Part shown: positions 11,981 through 24,335 of the stretch, piece after piece
Layout: every line of letters begins with the position of its first letter
Position numbering within the stretch: position 1 is the first letter of the stretch
From: the human T2T-CHM13v2.0 reference genome, Homo sapiens
Assembly: GCF_009914755.1 (NCBI RefSeq)
Contig: NC_060935.1
DNA: 64,000 bases
Strand: one strand, 5' to 3'
Notes under the pieces: generated by a model
What the model saw: only the letters and a program-made list of their open reading frames with translations
Told to the model about the DNA's origin: nothing
Databases searched by the model: none
Made by a program: the position numbers and the translations under genes

Positions 11981-12500
11981 TTACTTTATATCATTCCTTT
12001 CCTTTCACTTTTCTTCCTTCTCTTCTTTTCTTTTTCTTTGTTTCTGTTTTTAGAATATCTCCTTGCCTGCTAGCCTCTTTAGGATATGTTAAATTCTGTG
12101 GAATGGAGCACCTAATTCTTCATGTCTTTGACCCTCCCACCTTTCCAGCTTCCTCTCCCTTCTCTTCCATCAAACTTTGGCTCAGATTATGACTGTATTT
12201 TTCAAGTTCCAGGGTCCCATCTTGCCTTCTTTGAGTTATTTTCAGCTACTCTCTGATACAACCCATGAAGTCCTACATCAGGAGAATAGCAGACCAATTA
12301 GTTCATGGGCATCACCATGAACCCATGGCCATAATTTCCTAGATTTTGTCTCAAAGTTTCTGATTGAGCTGCCTAATGTACCTGAGACGACCCTTAGTTG
12401 TACAAGAAAAGCTGTGCTTTTACTCTTTGCGTTCTTGTGTGGAATACTTAGAATTATTAGAACACTCACACTCATGACTGACCCTGGTGTAAAGGGTGCA

Positions 12501-12520
12501 GTGTGTGTGTGTGTGCATGT

Positions 12521-12566
<46 letters not shown>

Positions 12567-12567
12567 G
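12501..12567. repeat. (TG)n(AG)n compound microsatellite
   Basis: About 22 GT units with one 'gcat' interruption, followed by about 11 GA units. Confidence 0.97.
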
Positions 12568-13196
12568 CAGGTTCATTTGTGGAAGTTATGAATGCGTGGT
12601 CTATTTTTATTACCTATCCTGAGGCTTTAGAATGAATGAATTCTGCATTAGCAGATGGTTTTCTTTCAAAGTTTTTAGTATAAATGTCAGCCAGTCTTGT
12701 GTGCTTCTGTTATACTCCAACACCTTTCCCTGTACATTTTCTTTGGGGCAATATTGAATATTTTTTCTACATTTGTGTGCAGAACCTCTTACATCCTTAA
12801 GGTGGCAGCAACAATCAAAACGGTATTTAAAGAAAATTATCTGAACGGGAAGGGAAGTGGGGAAAAGAAAAAAAAAATTTTTCTGAAATGTTCTATAATC
12901 CTCCATTTTCTGCTCAGCAGAATTATATCTGTGGCTAGATTATTCATTATTAAGAGCTTATTTCAGCCCAGAGTCTGTGCATCAGTAGATTAGGATGTGG
13001 AGGAAGATTAGCTTCTCATAGCGGGTGGCTAGAAATAGTTTCTTATCTGATCATTAAAATTGGTTGTTCATGGTTTCTTGATTATAATTATTAATTCTGT
13101 CAAGGACTTTTGCATGTCAATTAAATTTTGGTTCTTGATATGTAATATTAGGATTCAGCTCTATGGTACCAGTGTTACATTAGCAAGGCAGAAATG

Positions 13197-13198
<2 letters not shown>

Positions 13199-13236
<38 letters not shown>

Positions 13237-13239
13237 TGT
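13199..13239. repeat. (TG)n microsatellite
   Basis: Directly visible, one interruption. Confidence 0.97.
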
Positions 13240-13349
13240 CTTCAATAGTTCTCAAGTGCCTCCAGTCCTCAAAACATATTTTTGAAAGTATTTAATAATT
13301 TTGAGACTTCAGTAATGACAGTACTATTAATAAATAAAACACTAGCAGC

Positions 13350-13565
13350 GACTTTTTATTGTTTACTATGCATCCTGTACCTCTGTTGTCTATTTTTATC
13401 ATTTCCACAAACCTAGGCAACTGATGTCATGTTTACTTTCATATTAAACACAAAGAAAGCAAAGAGTCAAAGGATGAAATAACTCCTCCAAATTTACAGA
13501 GCTGGTAAATAGTGGAACTGGGTGGTAACCCAGGTATTTCTCACTCCAAATTCCTGCTCCACTAC
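13350..13565 (-). mobile_element. MIR (degenerate)
   Basis: 'gaaataactcctccaaatttacagagctggtaaatagtggaactggg...aacccaggtatttctcactccaaa'. Confidence 0.65.
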
Positions 13566-14296
13566 CTGTCAATAAAATGGCTTTTTGTGAGCTTGGTCCG
13601 GGAATAGGATTCTTAAATTAATATGTTGTCACAGTTTAAGAAAATGAGCACAGTGATCTTAAGACACAGAGATTTATTGTTTCTGGCAAAGTCAAACCTA
13701 AAGAGAAGAAACAACAACCACTTTTTTTTTTTTGAAAACGTGTTAGGTGATTTTCTTTAGCTATACAACTACACATCAAACAAGGATTTGAGTGTGAGGC
13801 AATGTGTTAGAACATTGAGTAAGACACAATCCCAGTTGCTGCAGGAAATTTAAATAGTGATAAATGTGTAAGAAAAGTACTGTGGAGACTATGGAAGAAG
13901 TGATTTATTTTGCTTCACAGAGGAGGGCCTTTTGCAATAAGCTATAGAAGTGTCCAAAATGGCTCTTTCAAGAAAAAAATGACATCTTTCCTCAGTTACC
14001 ACCACTCCATCCTAATGTAACAGCATTAACAATAGCTTTTTTGGCAATATGAGAAAAGTTGGTAAGATAGAGTAGGAAGTCTTGTCCTGCTGGCCTCACT
14101 TTGCAGAGGAATGCTTGTGAATGAATTCTGAAAGGCAGGAACCAACAAAACCCACAATGGGAGTTGGGGTGGGAGATGATGATGGGAGGTGGTGAGGGGA
14201 TGGTAGGTTGTCATGCAGTGGTGTAAGGGGGGCATTTTGATTCCAGATAAAGCAGAATCCCAGTCATGATACTTGGGTTTTAAGATCAGAGCACAT

Positions 14297-14600
14297 GCTG
14301 GGCGTGGTGGCTCACTCCTGTAATCCCAGCACTTTGGGAGGCCGAGGCAGGTGGATCGCCTGAGATCAGGAGTCCAAGACCAGCCTGGCCAGCATGGTGA
14401 AACCCCGTTTCTACTAAAAATACAAAAATTATCCGGGCGTGGTGGTGCATGCCTGTAATCCCAGCTACTAGGGAGGCTGGGGCAGGAGAATTCGCTTGAA
14501 CCTGGGAGACAGTGGTGGAAGTGAGCCGAGATCGTGCCACTGCACACCACCCTGGGCAACAGAGTGAGACTACATCTCAGAAAAAAAAAAAAAAAAAAAA
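14297..14600 (+). mobile_element. AluS (Sx/Sz-like)
   Basis: Full dimer plus poly(A); degenerate TSD aagatcagagcacat / aaaatcacagcacat. Confidence 0.95.
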
Positions 14601-15216
14601 ATCACAGCACATGTTCACCCACTCATTCACGATTTACAGATTACCAATCTGGTGTCAGTTTGCAGTTTACTTTGAAATTAGGGCTGTCTATATGCCTATT
14701 AAGGAAATACTTGTTTCCAGAAACTCTAGGTTTGATTCTGTAGGGTGGAATCATGTGGACCTAACCTAAAGTAAAAGACAGGTATGTGGGGGAATAGAGC
14801 GTCTGGCAGATCACTACATACTGAAGTCATGAGTATAATAGGCTATTCATGCTATCACTACATACTCAAGTCATGACACAGAAATGCTATCCAAAGATGT
14901 TTTTTAGGTAAATTGAAGTGTCCTAATTAGGATAGGAGCTAATAAGCTGGAGAGTGAGAAGAATTGAGGGGTTATAGTGAAGATAGAAATATCTATTTTC
15001 TCTAGCTGGAATAAAGAAGAGACACAGTGAATTCTGTATTTATTCACTCACTCATTCATTCATTATATTGAACCCTTAGATGACACTTTCTATATGAAAG
15101 CCCTACATAAATAATAACTCACTGATTTTAATAATCTGACAAAGTACAAATTATTATCACACACATGTTATAGAGAACTGAGTTACACAGGTATTGAGTA
15201 ACTTGTACAAGGTAAC

Positions 15217-15575
15217 TGTATTAGTCTGTTCTCACACTGCTAATAAATACATAGATGAGACTGGGTAATTTACAAAGGAAAGAAGTTCAGCATGGCTGAG
15301 GAGGCCTCAGGAAACTTACAATCATGGCAGAAGTGGAAGCAAACATGTCCTTCTTCACGTGGCGGCAGCAAGGAGAGGTGCAGAGCAAAAGGGGGAAATG
15401 CCTCTTATGAAACCATCAGATCTCATGAAAACTCACTCACTATCAGAAGAACAGCATGGGGGTAACCGCCTCCATGATTCAATTACTTTCCCCCCGGGTT
15501 CCTCTCACAACACATGGGTATTATGGGAACTACAATTCAAGGTAAGATTTGGGTGGGGATACAGTCAAAGATAGC
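15217..15575 (-). mobile_element. THE1B/C solo LTR, next to L2/MIR remnants at about 15035-15216
   Basis: 'tgtattagtctgttctcacactgctaataaa...gcctcaggaaacttacaatcatggcagaag...aaacatgtccttcttcac...aactacaattcaagg'. Confidence 0.9.
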
Positions 15576-17779
15576 TTCTTTCACCATATTTATTTATTTA
15601 TTGACAAACAAAGTTATCCTGAAATGGAGTAGTGACCTTTTTCTAGTTTCATGCAGACAATTAATTTTTAGATGATCACTCTCAGGAGAGGAAAGACTTC
15701 ACAGACCTAAGCATCTGTATCCCCAGCCCAACATCAGCACAGATTAATTGCATGATTTTTTTTCTTTTTTCCTTTATGACATCAGAAAATGTCCCAAGAA
15801 CACATACAGCTTATGCGTCTGAGTTCCTGAAGCTGGAGTGGAATACTGCCAAATCCAAACTGATAACAACTTCTGTCTGCTGTCTCTCATGTCACTAGAT
15901 GCCTTTCACAGTTAAAAATCACACCATGCACCCCATACGGCCCCGAGCTCACTAAGCCTGCAGACCTTGCATCAGTGCATGTACTCCATACAAACGTGAT
16001 CTCATAGCCAGGGTCCAAACACGAATATGGAAAATGGCCAATAAGGTTAATAAGAAGGAATGGCTTAGAGAAAGTACAGCTAATCACCATCCTGCTGGGT
16101 GAGAGTGAGAGGCCAGCAGGGGCTGAGACTTTTCTTCTATTTTTAAATCAGGAGTCTGAGTGGTAAACCCATGTCTCCCTCAATTCACAGTGCTGGCCTA
16201 CAGAGGATACACGTGCTGTGGACCACATTGGCAGCTGAATGAATTGTTTGGGCTGATTGTCTTTCCTCTGTCTGTCTCTGCTGCCCGGGTAGAAATGTTT
16301 AAAAATACACTGTTATTAAGGGCATTTCAGCTGCAGGGCTGGAGTGGCTGGCATAATTGTGAGCTTCCTGAGTCTCTGGGGCTTCCTGAGTCTTTGGCTG
16401 GTTCTTTCCTGCTCCTCCACACTCATGGTCCCCGCTAGTTTTGAATGAAATGTCATGTTTCAGTTGTTGATAACTGTTAGCCAGTTCTAGGAGGTAATTG
16501 AAATGATCCTGTATTTGCACTGGAGATTTTGTATTTGTGCAAACGACTGCTGAATTGCCTTTCACTGAGGATACAGATTTTGAAAAGGGTTTTTCCAGCT
16601 GCCTTTGTGACACTTATGTTGTGACTCTAGTAAAGTATGAATGTACATCTGGAATAAACACATTTGAAAGGGGTTTACTACATGGTTACCTAAATTTTTT
16701 GCACTGGCTATTTATAATTTTTCAACTTGATCTTTCTGTCCTTTGGTATTTGGATTTTTGTGTACAGTGAGGGGTTTACCACTGTAAAGGGGCAGGGAAG
16801 CTCATATAACAGTCCTCTGCAGCTTTTTGAGGTTTTTGCACACTGTAAGTTTAGAGACCAATAAATAGTTGAGAAAGTATCTAACACATTAACTGTGACC
16901 AAAGATTTATGCTATTTGTAGAAGACCCAGTCTATTTTTCTCCCCAGATCTGCTCAGCCCTGTGCGTGACTGTTAGACAGAGATCCCTTGCCATTACTCC
17001 TGTTCTTTCCTCATCTCCTAGCACCACAGGCTATCTTATCTACTCCCACAGAGAGAACCAGGTTCCAGCACAGCCTCTTCCATGCAACTACCATGTAGGC
17101 TTTGGTGCCTCAGTTGAACTAATCAGGCCCATAGGAGATATGGTGCCTTTCACTACTTCTGGGCTCATGTAAAGAGAAACAAACTTTGAGGCAAGAGAAA
17201 TGGCTTTCCTTGAGACTTCCTGTAGTAGTCAGTTTACACAATCTGAGAACACGGGGCAAACTGACCAATGAGAGAAAGGAGACAGACACCACTTAGCAGA
17301 CGAATTTCACGTCCTCCCTTCAGTTTGCACACAGTGGCTCCGTAGAGCCTCTCTAGAGATATCTTACCTGACTAAGAAAATAGCTTTGATTTTTTTCGTG
17401 AAGGCCAGCTTAGCAACTTGGCGCCTTGTAACTGATTTGCTACTTTTCTGCTTCACTTCCCGTTTTCTCAACCTTGCTGCTCTGAGATTGCTCCTCTCAA
17501 TATAGTATTAGCATGTAGATATGTAGACCTTTTTTTTTCGTAGAGAACCTGGCCAAGACAACATGGGAGAAGGACTCTCCACTAAGATAATCAACTATAC
17601 AGCTATAGTGAAGGTACAAGTTAAAGATAAAGGAAAATAAAGATAATACCTTAGGTTGAATAGAAGGTATACCAAGAAGTGAGTAGGGGAAGGTGGTTCC
17701 TTTTGAGAAAATGGGACAGGGTGAGTTCAGAGGAACAAAGCTTTCTCTTAGTTTTTCAGGGTCAAAGAGGAGAAGAAGG

Positions 17780-18170
17780 TTCATCCTAGCCAGTGGAATT
17801 AATAATTTCGGATGAAACAGAAACACACACAAATTTCATGGACCTAGCAATGTAGATTTATTTCTTAAAATCCTATATGGTTCTGCCATTCTCCATCTTG
17901 TAGGTATGCAATCTGGAATCCTTGGGCTCCAGGGTTTCAGGGGCTGGGGCTGGAGAAGATAGATAGATCTGGATCTGGAACTAAAAGAAGACCAAGAGCA
18001 AGAGGGAGAGAGCAAGAGAGGAAGAACATCAGCTCTTCATTACCTTACCCGGAAGTAACACATGCCCCTTCTCCTCAGTCATTGGCTGGAATTAATCCCA
18101 CTGCCACAGTCTACCTGCTAGGGAGGCTGGGAAATGTAGGGGAACACACAGAGTTCTGTTGAGCACAGAT
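17780..18170 (-). mobile_element. Old MLT1-type LTR fragment
   Basis: 'ccggaagtaacacatgccccttct...cattggctggaat...gggaggctgggaaatgtag'. Confidence 0.55.
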
Positions 18171-19029
18171 GGCCTCCCAACAAAGCTCAGCAAGAGAAAC
18201 TAAGGGGGGGAGGGGTGCAAGTGGGATAGCACAAGAGATTCATACCAGAAGAATGAAAAGAAGACCTTCAAGAATTGTAAAAGTGGGAAGAGGGAGAAGT
18301 GTGGGACCTGAGACAAATGTCTGTTCAGAAGTAGAGGACACAAAGGGGAAAGGAAAACACTTCTGAAGGAGTTTTGGAGGATTAGGCAAATTCTTAGATC
18401 AATGCTGAGAGAAAGTCCAGGGTGTTGGGAGAGGACCCCTGACAGGTACTAAAGGATGAAGCCATGGAGGAAGGATTTTCACAATGAGATAGGGCAGGAC
18501 ACCCTGGAAAAGACACCCAGTGACCTGGTCACAAAATAAGGCAGAACAAAGAGTAATATAATATTTCTTAACATAACTTATATTGAAACAACTCACAGAC
18601 CCACTCCCTGTGTTGAGCCTAAGACAGTGAACAGATGATTATGTCCAGCTGCTCATATAGAACGAATCCACATTTCCATGAGGACTCTCCAGTTAAGTTC
18701 TGAAAGGTCATGAATGTGAAGAATCACTTATGAGTTTCAGGTGCAGATGTCCAACGTGATGTGAGTTGGGTGAGGCACGGGTGCACTTCACATCATAAGA
18801 AAGAAGAAGCTGGTTGCAGATTGCAAAGCAGTCATTCATGGGCTATTTGATAGGCTGTGGTGAGGATTCAATTAAATGGCTGACACATCCCAAGTAGTCA
18901 ATATAGGTTATTTTTTGGCTAACCTTCTGAGGCCTCTGTTTCAGAGATTAGGAAATTGAGGCAGGGGAATTGGAGAGACTCATCTGTGAAATCGTAGCTC
19001 ACAAAGCACACAGTAGTGGATGCTATCGC

Positions 19030-19490
19030 TTAGTATAGGGGGTTGGGAGGGTGGTCATTACAGACCTCCTGGGTGACATTGTACTTAAGCAGAAATGTGA
19101 AGGATAAGGAGTTAGCCAGGCAAGGAAGGTACAGGTAACAGATGACAATTCTGGTAGAGGGAACAACAAATAAAAATGCCTGAATTCAGGAATGAGTTTC
19201 ATGCAAACTGAGTGGAGCTTCATGCTGGCAAGGAAGAATGGCCTAAGACAAAACTGGAGAGGAAGACAGGCTTAGCAGGGTTTCTTAAGTCATGCTATAG
19301 CCAATGAATCTGTCCCAAGAGAATGCTAGACCACTAACAGGCTTTCAGCAACATAGTGGCATAAGGGACTTGTGTTTTATAAAGATTACTCCCAGTTTAA
19401 TATGGAGAATGGATTGGGGAGGAGGGCAAGTGAGAATAGGAAGAACAAGAAGAAGACTAGTATAGTTCCAATGAGGTTATATTATGGGTA
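19030..19490 (-). mobile_element. L2 fragment
   Basis: 'gaaggataaggagttagccaggc...tctggtagagggaacaac...ttttataaagattactc...tggagaatggattggggaggagggcaag'. Confidence 0.75.
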
Positions 19491-20637
19491 CTTTTTCCCT
19501 TGATCTTTCTCTCTTGATTTGACAGATAGGTCTAGTATAATTTCTCGTGGTAAGACTGTAAATTCTAATGATTCACTTTATTATTGAGGCTGTCTGTAAG
19601 ACAATCAAAAAACTATGCTATATGCTCTGAAAAAAAATGAGGTCTAGTTGCTGGTATTACTTCTACTCATGCCCCCCAAAGGTACCCAATGGGAGGAAGG
19701 AATGCTCTTGTTCTTTTTTTTTCCTTTCTAATTTTGCTGTCATGTTGCAGCATTAAGCTTAGCATTTGTACAATGGTTCACAGTTTTTCAACACCATTTA
19801 TTAGCTGTACTTTCATGTCTTGTATTCCTTATAGGAATCTTATAAGTAGGTATCAAAACAGTTCTTAGATTTGAAGAAAAAAAAACTAGCAAAAATCACC
19901 CATCTTCCCAACTTTGTATGTTCTAAAACAGTGGTTTTCAGTGATATATGGGTAATCCACAAACATTTCTAAATCTTGTTTTTGGTTATTTTTTAAATAG
20001 TTTGCCTGTGGTTATAACTTTATATTTTATACTGTTAATGTTCCCAATTTTGCGACACAATTAAATCTATTTATTAGTATTCTGAGTTTTTCTAAGCCAA
20101 TGCCTAAATATGATAATATAAATTTCACTGACTTAAGCCCATAACTGTTCATATTGGCATTTCCTGTCCAGGTCATGGTTTCCATCGTGCTCATATCATC
20201 TAGTAGCTATGGTCTCCAGGTGGCATAAAATACTTCTTTTCTTGTTCTGACCTCCAAATATGATATGCTCTCCCTGGGAAGTCACTTCAACATGACTAAT
20301 GCTGCCATTACTAAAGGTACCAAATGTGAAAATACCAACATCTCTACAAAGAATTTCAAGTCTTAGTGCTCCACATGCCACCAAACCCCATCGTTTGTTT
20401 CCTGCCCCTAAGTGCGAGAATGTCTTCTTTTCTGTCTCTTCCTCTGTCTTCAAACTGAATCCTCTGGAAAATCTTCCTACAGTTTTTGTTATAGGGTCCT
20501 AATTCTTGAGTGGCAGCAGAACAAATACTTTTCCTCTTTTTTCCTCTTTTTTCACCTTCATCATTATACCAGCATCTCTTCCACATGAGTCCTTCCTTCC
20601 TTAATTTTTTTCCTCCCAAATGGAACAGGTATTACTT

Positions 20638-20878
20638 GTTAGTGGTTAAGGCTGTGGATGCTGATGCTGAACTCCTGTTTTCAAATTTCTATTCCACCAC
20701 TTACTTGCATTGTAACTTTAGAAAACTTACTTCATCTCTCTATGCCTCAGTTTCCCCTGTTACATGGGAATAAGACTTCCTAGGTTTGTTAAGAGGATGC
20801 AGTGAGTTAATACATGCAAAGCACTTTGAGTTGTGCTTTGCATTATAAAGTCTTCAATAAATATTAATGGCTATTATA
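20638..20878 (+). mobile_element. MIR
   Basis: 'agtggttaaggctgtgg...tcaaatttctattccaccacttact...tatgcctcagtttcccctgt...gagttaatacatgcaaagcactt'. Confidence 0.85.
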
Positions 20879-21113
20879 GGCCTAGACCTATCTGATGTCT
20901 CTGATGGCCAAGGTCAGGCATCATCTATGAATTTAAGGATCATCCTATACACTCTCCTTATTTATACATGTAAGATAAATATTATTTTCAGATTAAACAT
21001 GTTATGGAACTAAGATAAATAGTTGTAATACTTTAGAAAAAGTTAGCAAAGAACTAAAATGTGGGTGTATTTTGATGCTTATCACAGATCACTTTTATCT
21101 CTTCAATTTCCAG

Positions 21114-21178
21114 GCCATAGACTCTGATATCAGAATTGTTTCACACAACTAAGGCACATGGCTATTTCTCACTGCCAG
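21114..21178 (+). other. Candidate 65-nt exon
   Basis: 'cttttatctcttcaatttccAG|' ... 'CAG|GTAGGC'; no expression evidence available. Confidence 0.25.
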
Positions 21179-21193
21179 GTAGGCCAATAACTA

Positions 21194-21229
21194 GAAAAAG
21201 ACACCAAGAAGGAAAAAGACACCAAGAAG
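21194..21229. repeat. Perfect 18-bp tandem duplication (gaaaaagacaccaagaag x2)
   Basis: Directly visible. Confidence 0.95.
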
Positions 21230-21732
21230 GAAAAGGGATTTAAAACTTAAAGGACAGGGCATAAAACAAACATCTAACTGATAAGAACAGAAACAAAAGG
21301 GTGTTTAAACTAAAGATAAAATGAAATGTTAAGAGTTTTGGGCTTCAGCCACATGAAGTCATGGAGCTTTAATTCTTGATGGGCAGCCTGACAAGACATT
21401 AAATGAAATTCCAGAAATCTGGGCTTTCTGCCAAAAAGGATTTAGAACTGGAGATTTCTGATTCAGCACTGCCTTCCTAGGGAAGAAGAACACTGAGACC
21501 CATGTATTTACTTCAAGGGGCCATACAAGGTCCTTTGCCTCACTTTGAGGTGAGAAACAAGGGAAAACTAGATGCCACATGATGTAGAGGAAAGTGCTTC
21601 TGATCTTGGCCAGCCCTGGGTTTAATGCTTTTCCAAGGTCACATTGGTAAGAATTGCTAACTTGGCAAAGCCTCAGTTTCCTCATCAACAGAACAGAAAA
21701 TTTAATTTTGCTGATAAAGATATGAGATGGAA

Positions 21733-22020
21733 AGAGGGCTGAATTATCCATTAGATACTATAGGCAGAGTGCCTACCGCCTATATTTTCAAGGGCCATTT
21801 AAGATGTTTGAGATATAAAATATTTTTTTCTCTTAAGTTCTAAATTGAAATGCTGGAAAATTAAAATTGAGAGTGATTTTGAGACCACAGTTATAAAAGT
21901 CCTTTCAATCTCTTAAGTGCCACAAATTATACAATGTCGAATGTGGGTCCATTTTAATAAGTATAAAATGATATCATGTGGAGTATCCAGAATTAACAGG
22001 CTTAGGTAGAGGTCTGGATA
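21733..22020. mobile_element. Zaphod/MER115-like hAT-Tip100 fragment
   Basis: 'agggctgaattatccattagatactataggcagagtgccta' resembles the family terminus. Confidence 0.45.
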
Positions 22021-22219
22021 ATAAATAGTAGGGTGTTTGGAATGTGTTAGGTACTGAATTAATGTTAATTCTTTTTCACTCTTTTTTCTCCCCTGAAAGT
22101 CTTTTGAAATCTGGAAGGAGGTACGAGGTCACATGACTGAAGTCAAATGTTATACAGGTAGTCAGTATGATATTGGGCATGATGTAATTAAAATTTTATT
22201 TTTACTATTTTTTTATTTT

Positions 22220-22420
22220 ATTATATGCTTACCATGTGCCAAGCACTCTTCTAACTCACCTATACATTCAATTCTCACAATAACCCAGTGCAATAGATAA
22301 AGCTGTTATCCCAATTTTATGATAGAGGAGATTCTAGGCAATTTGCAAAAGTGACACAGCAGTGGAGCCAGGATTTGAACACAAAGATTTTTACTGTGGA
22401 GCCCAACTTCATCTACTAAA
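22220..22420 (-). mobile_element. MIR
   Basis: 'gcttaccatgtgccaagcactcttcta...tctcacaataaccc...gtggagccaggatttgaac'. Confidence 0.8.
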
Positions 22421-23394
22421 TGGTAGTGCATTTGGGACACAGGATATCTGGATAGATTACAAGATTATTCAGTAGATATGCACTACCACAATGCTTTGCT
22501 TATGTGTATCCTTCAGTTTTGGATTCAAGGAGAAAGCAAATATCTGAAATTAAAAACATTCTCTCTCATTGCCACAGCATTCAGGATGTTGGGTATAGGT
22601 AGAATTTGAAATCTTACAAACACAGGACACAGGGCTGGGATTAGAACAGTAGTTTCTTATGTTTGCCAATATGGGGATGCTCATGTAAACTTCCCAAACT
22701 TCATATACCTTCCTGTCATAGTGATACTTTTATTAAGTATAATCTGAAAAAAATACATAAGAGAATGGATCCAAGTAGCAAATGTGTTTCATTTATGCAG
22801 TTTATCATGGACAGTGCTGAGAGCAAGTGTAAATTCTTGGAACCTTGTAATAATTCTGTGCCCTCTAAGAAGTTATGGTGAAATAATGAACTGCGATATC
22901 ATACAGATAGTCCCATTAGCCAGGTAGGGGAGCATGTAGAATTTTGCTGATTATTTAAAAGCAATAAAATTTCTTTGTTATTGTTTTCTGAACGAATTAC
23001 AAAAAGGCTCAAAGTTATTAGTGAAATGAGCACATAAGCAAAAACTACGCACTTAAAAGAAGATGATTGCTAAAGTGAGAAAAAGTATTCCTGTATAAAT
23101 GGGATATGCTTTATCTGGAAAATGAAGAAAATCCACTGAACATATTGGAGGCTCTTATGAACATTACAATTTGTTGCTTGTTTCTTAAATGAGTCAGGAG
23201 CTAGAGGAGAGGTTTGTCTCAGAACTGACTATATATTCTACATAGTTTCTAAATTTTAACACGTTTAACTATAAAAGATTCCTATTTCAAATGGTATATT
23301 CAGTAATTCCCAACTAATTTATTTGCTTACTTATGAAGTCTGGAGTTAAAGAACTTCAATGTAATTTGCTAAAATGTTTCTTCTTCCTTAAAAA

Positions 23395-23620
23395 GGTTCA
23401 TGCCATTTTTTAGAAATTCAACACTATGATTTATCCTAAGAAAATAATAGGGGATATGCATAAATATTTTAGTGTAAAGATAGTTATAACAGCATTAGTT
23501 GTAATAAGCAGTATTTGAAAACACCTGAATGTTTATCAATGGGATATTAATTATTGAGCTATAATATCTTAATGATACAATATTATGCAAGTGCCTAGCC
23601 TGTAGTCCATAGAAAAGAGA
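23395..23620 (+). mobile_element. Old L1ME 3' fragment (continues at about 24340-24620)
   Basis: 'aattcaacactatgatttatcctaagaaaataat...acagcattagttgtaata...acacctgaatgtttatcaatggga'. Confidence 0.6.
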
Positions 23621-23623
23621 TCC

Positions 23624-23845
23624 TGGCTGGGCACGGTGGCCCATGCTTGTAATACCATCACTTTGGGAGGCCGAGGCAAGTAGATCACTTAAGTCCATGA
23701 ATTCGAAACCAGCCTGGGCAACATGGTGAAATCCCATCTCTACAAAAAATACAAAAACCTGTAGTCCCTGCTTCATGGGATGCTGAAGGTGGGAGGATCA
23801 TTTGAGTCCAGGGGGTGGAGGTTGCAGTAAACCGAGATTGTGCCA
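23624..23845 (+). mobile_element. AluJ, internally deleted and 3'-truncated
   Basis: 'ggctgggcacggtggcccatgcttgtaat...cagcctgggcaacatggtgaaa...gggaggatcatttgagtccagg'; ends at 'gagattgtgcca' with no tail. Confidence 0.85.
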
Positions 23846-24335
23846 ATCCTTATTGGAAGGTAAAATTCCCAGGAAGCAAGCGTGAGGCAAAAGGAGTGAG
23901 TCAAAGGATGAGAAGCAAGTGCAAAGTGGTATGTTGCTGTACTAACCACTGTTTTCCTTCAGGCACGTTGTAGTGGGAAACTGCCTTAGAACAGGTCATC
24001 TGAAAAAAGACTTGAGAAAGAATTTACTTCTTGGCTCCAATCTGTCTCCTGTTTACCCCAATCAAAGTTCATCCTTCAGGGAGTTAACTCCCTCACACTT
24101 CTGGGTGTTATCCCTGGCTCTTTATTCAACCAATAGGGAAGCCAGATTCCATGTACTGGTTGTGCTTCATTCAAGTTTGGAAATGGTGAGAGGAGCCAGA
24201 GACTCTGGGTTTTTAGCTGGTTGGTTCCTGTAAAATCATTTACCAATGCAGTGGCTGAAGATGAGCAGAGAAGTGAGTGTCAGGAGACATTTGTGGCTGA
24301 GGGTATTTGGTGAGGCATGTAAGACATGCCCACTA
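23846..24335. mobile_element. ERVL LTR33/LTR16-family LTR fragment
   Basis: 'ttcccaggaagcaagcgtgagg...cagggagttaactccctcacacttctggg'. Confidence 0.55.

Noticed and set aside
11990-12055. Isolated acceptor-like pyrimidine tracts (also near 5490, 16947, 22099, 61313) and a lone donor CAC|GTGAGT near 57261
   Set aside because: No convincing paired splice site at exon distance, and such motifs are expected by chance in AT/pyrimidine-rich DNA.
14026-14559. 177-aa minus-strand ORF, the longest in the track
   Set aside because: It is largely an antisense Alu translation ([14 protein letters not shown]...LPKCWDYR) running into flank. The same applies to the Alu ORFs near 6.3k, 7.0k, 42.4k, 46.9-47.3k and 50.6k.
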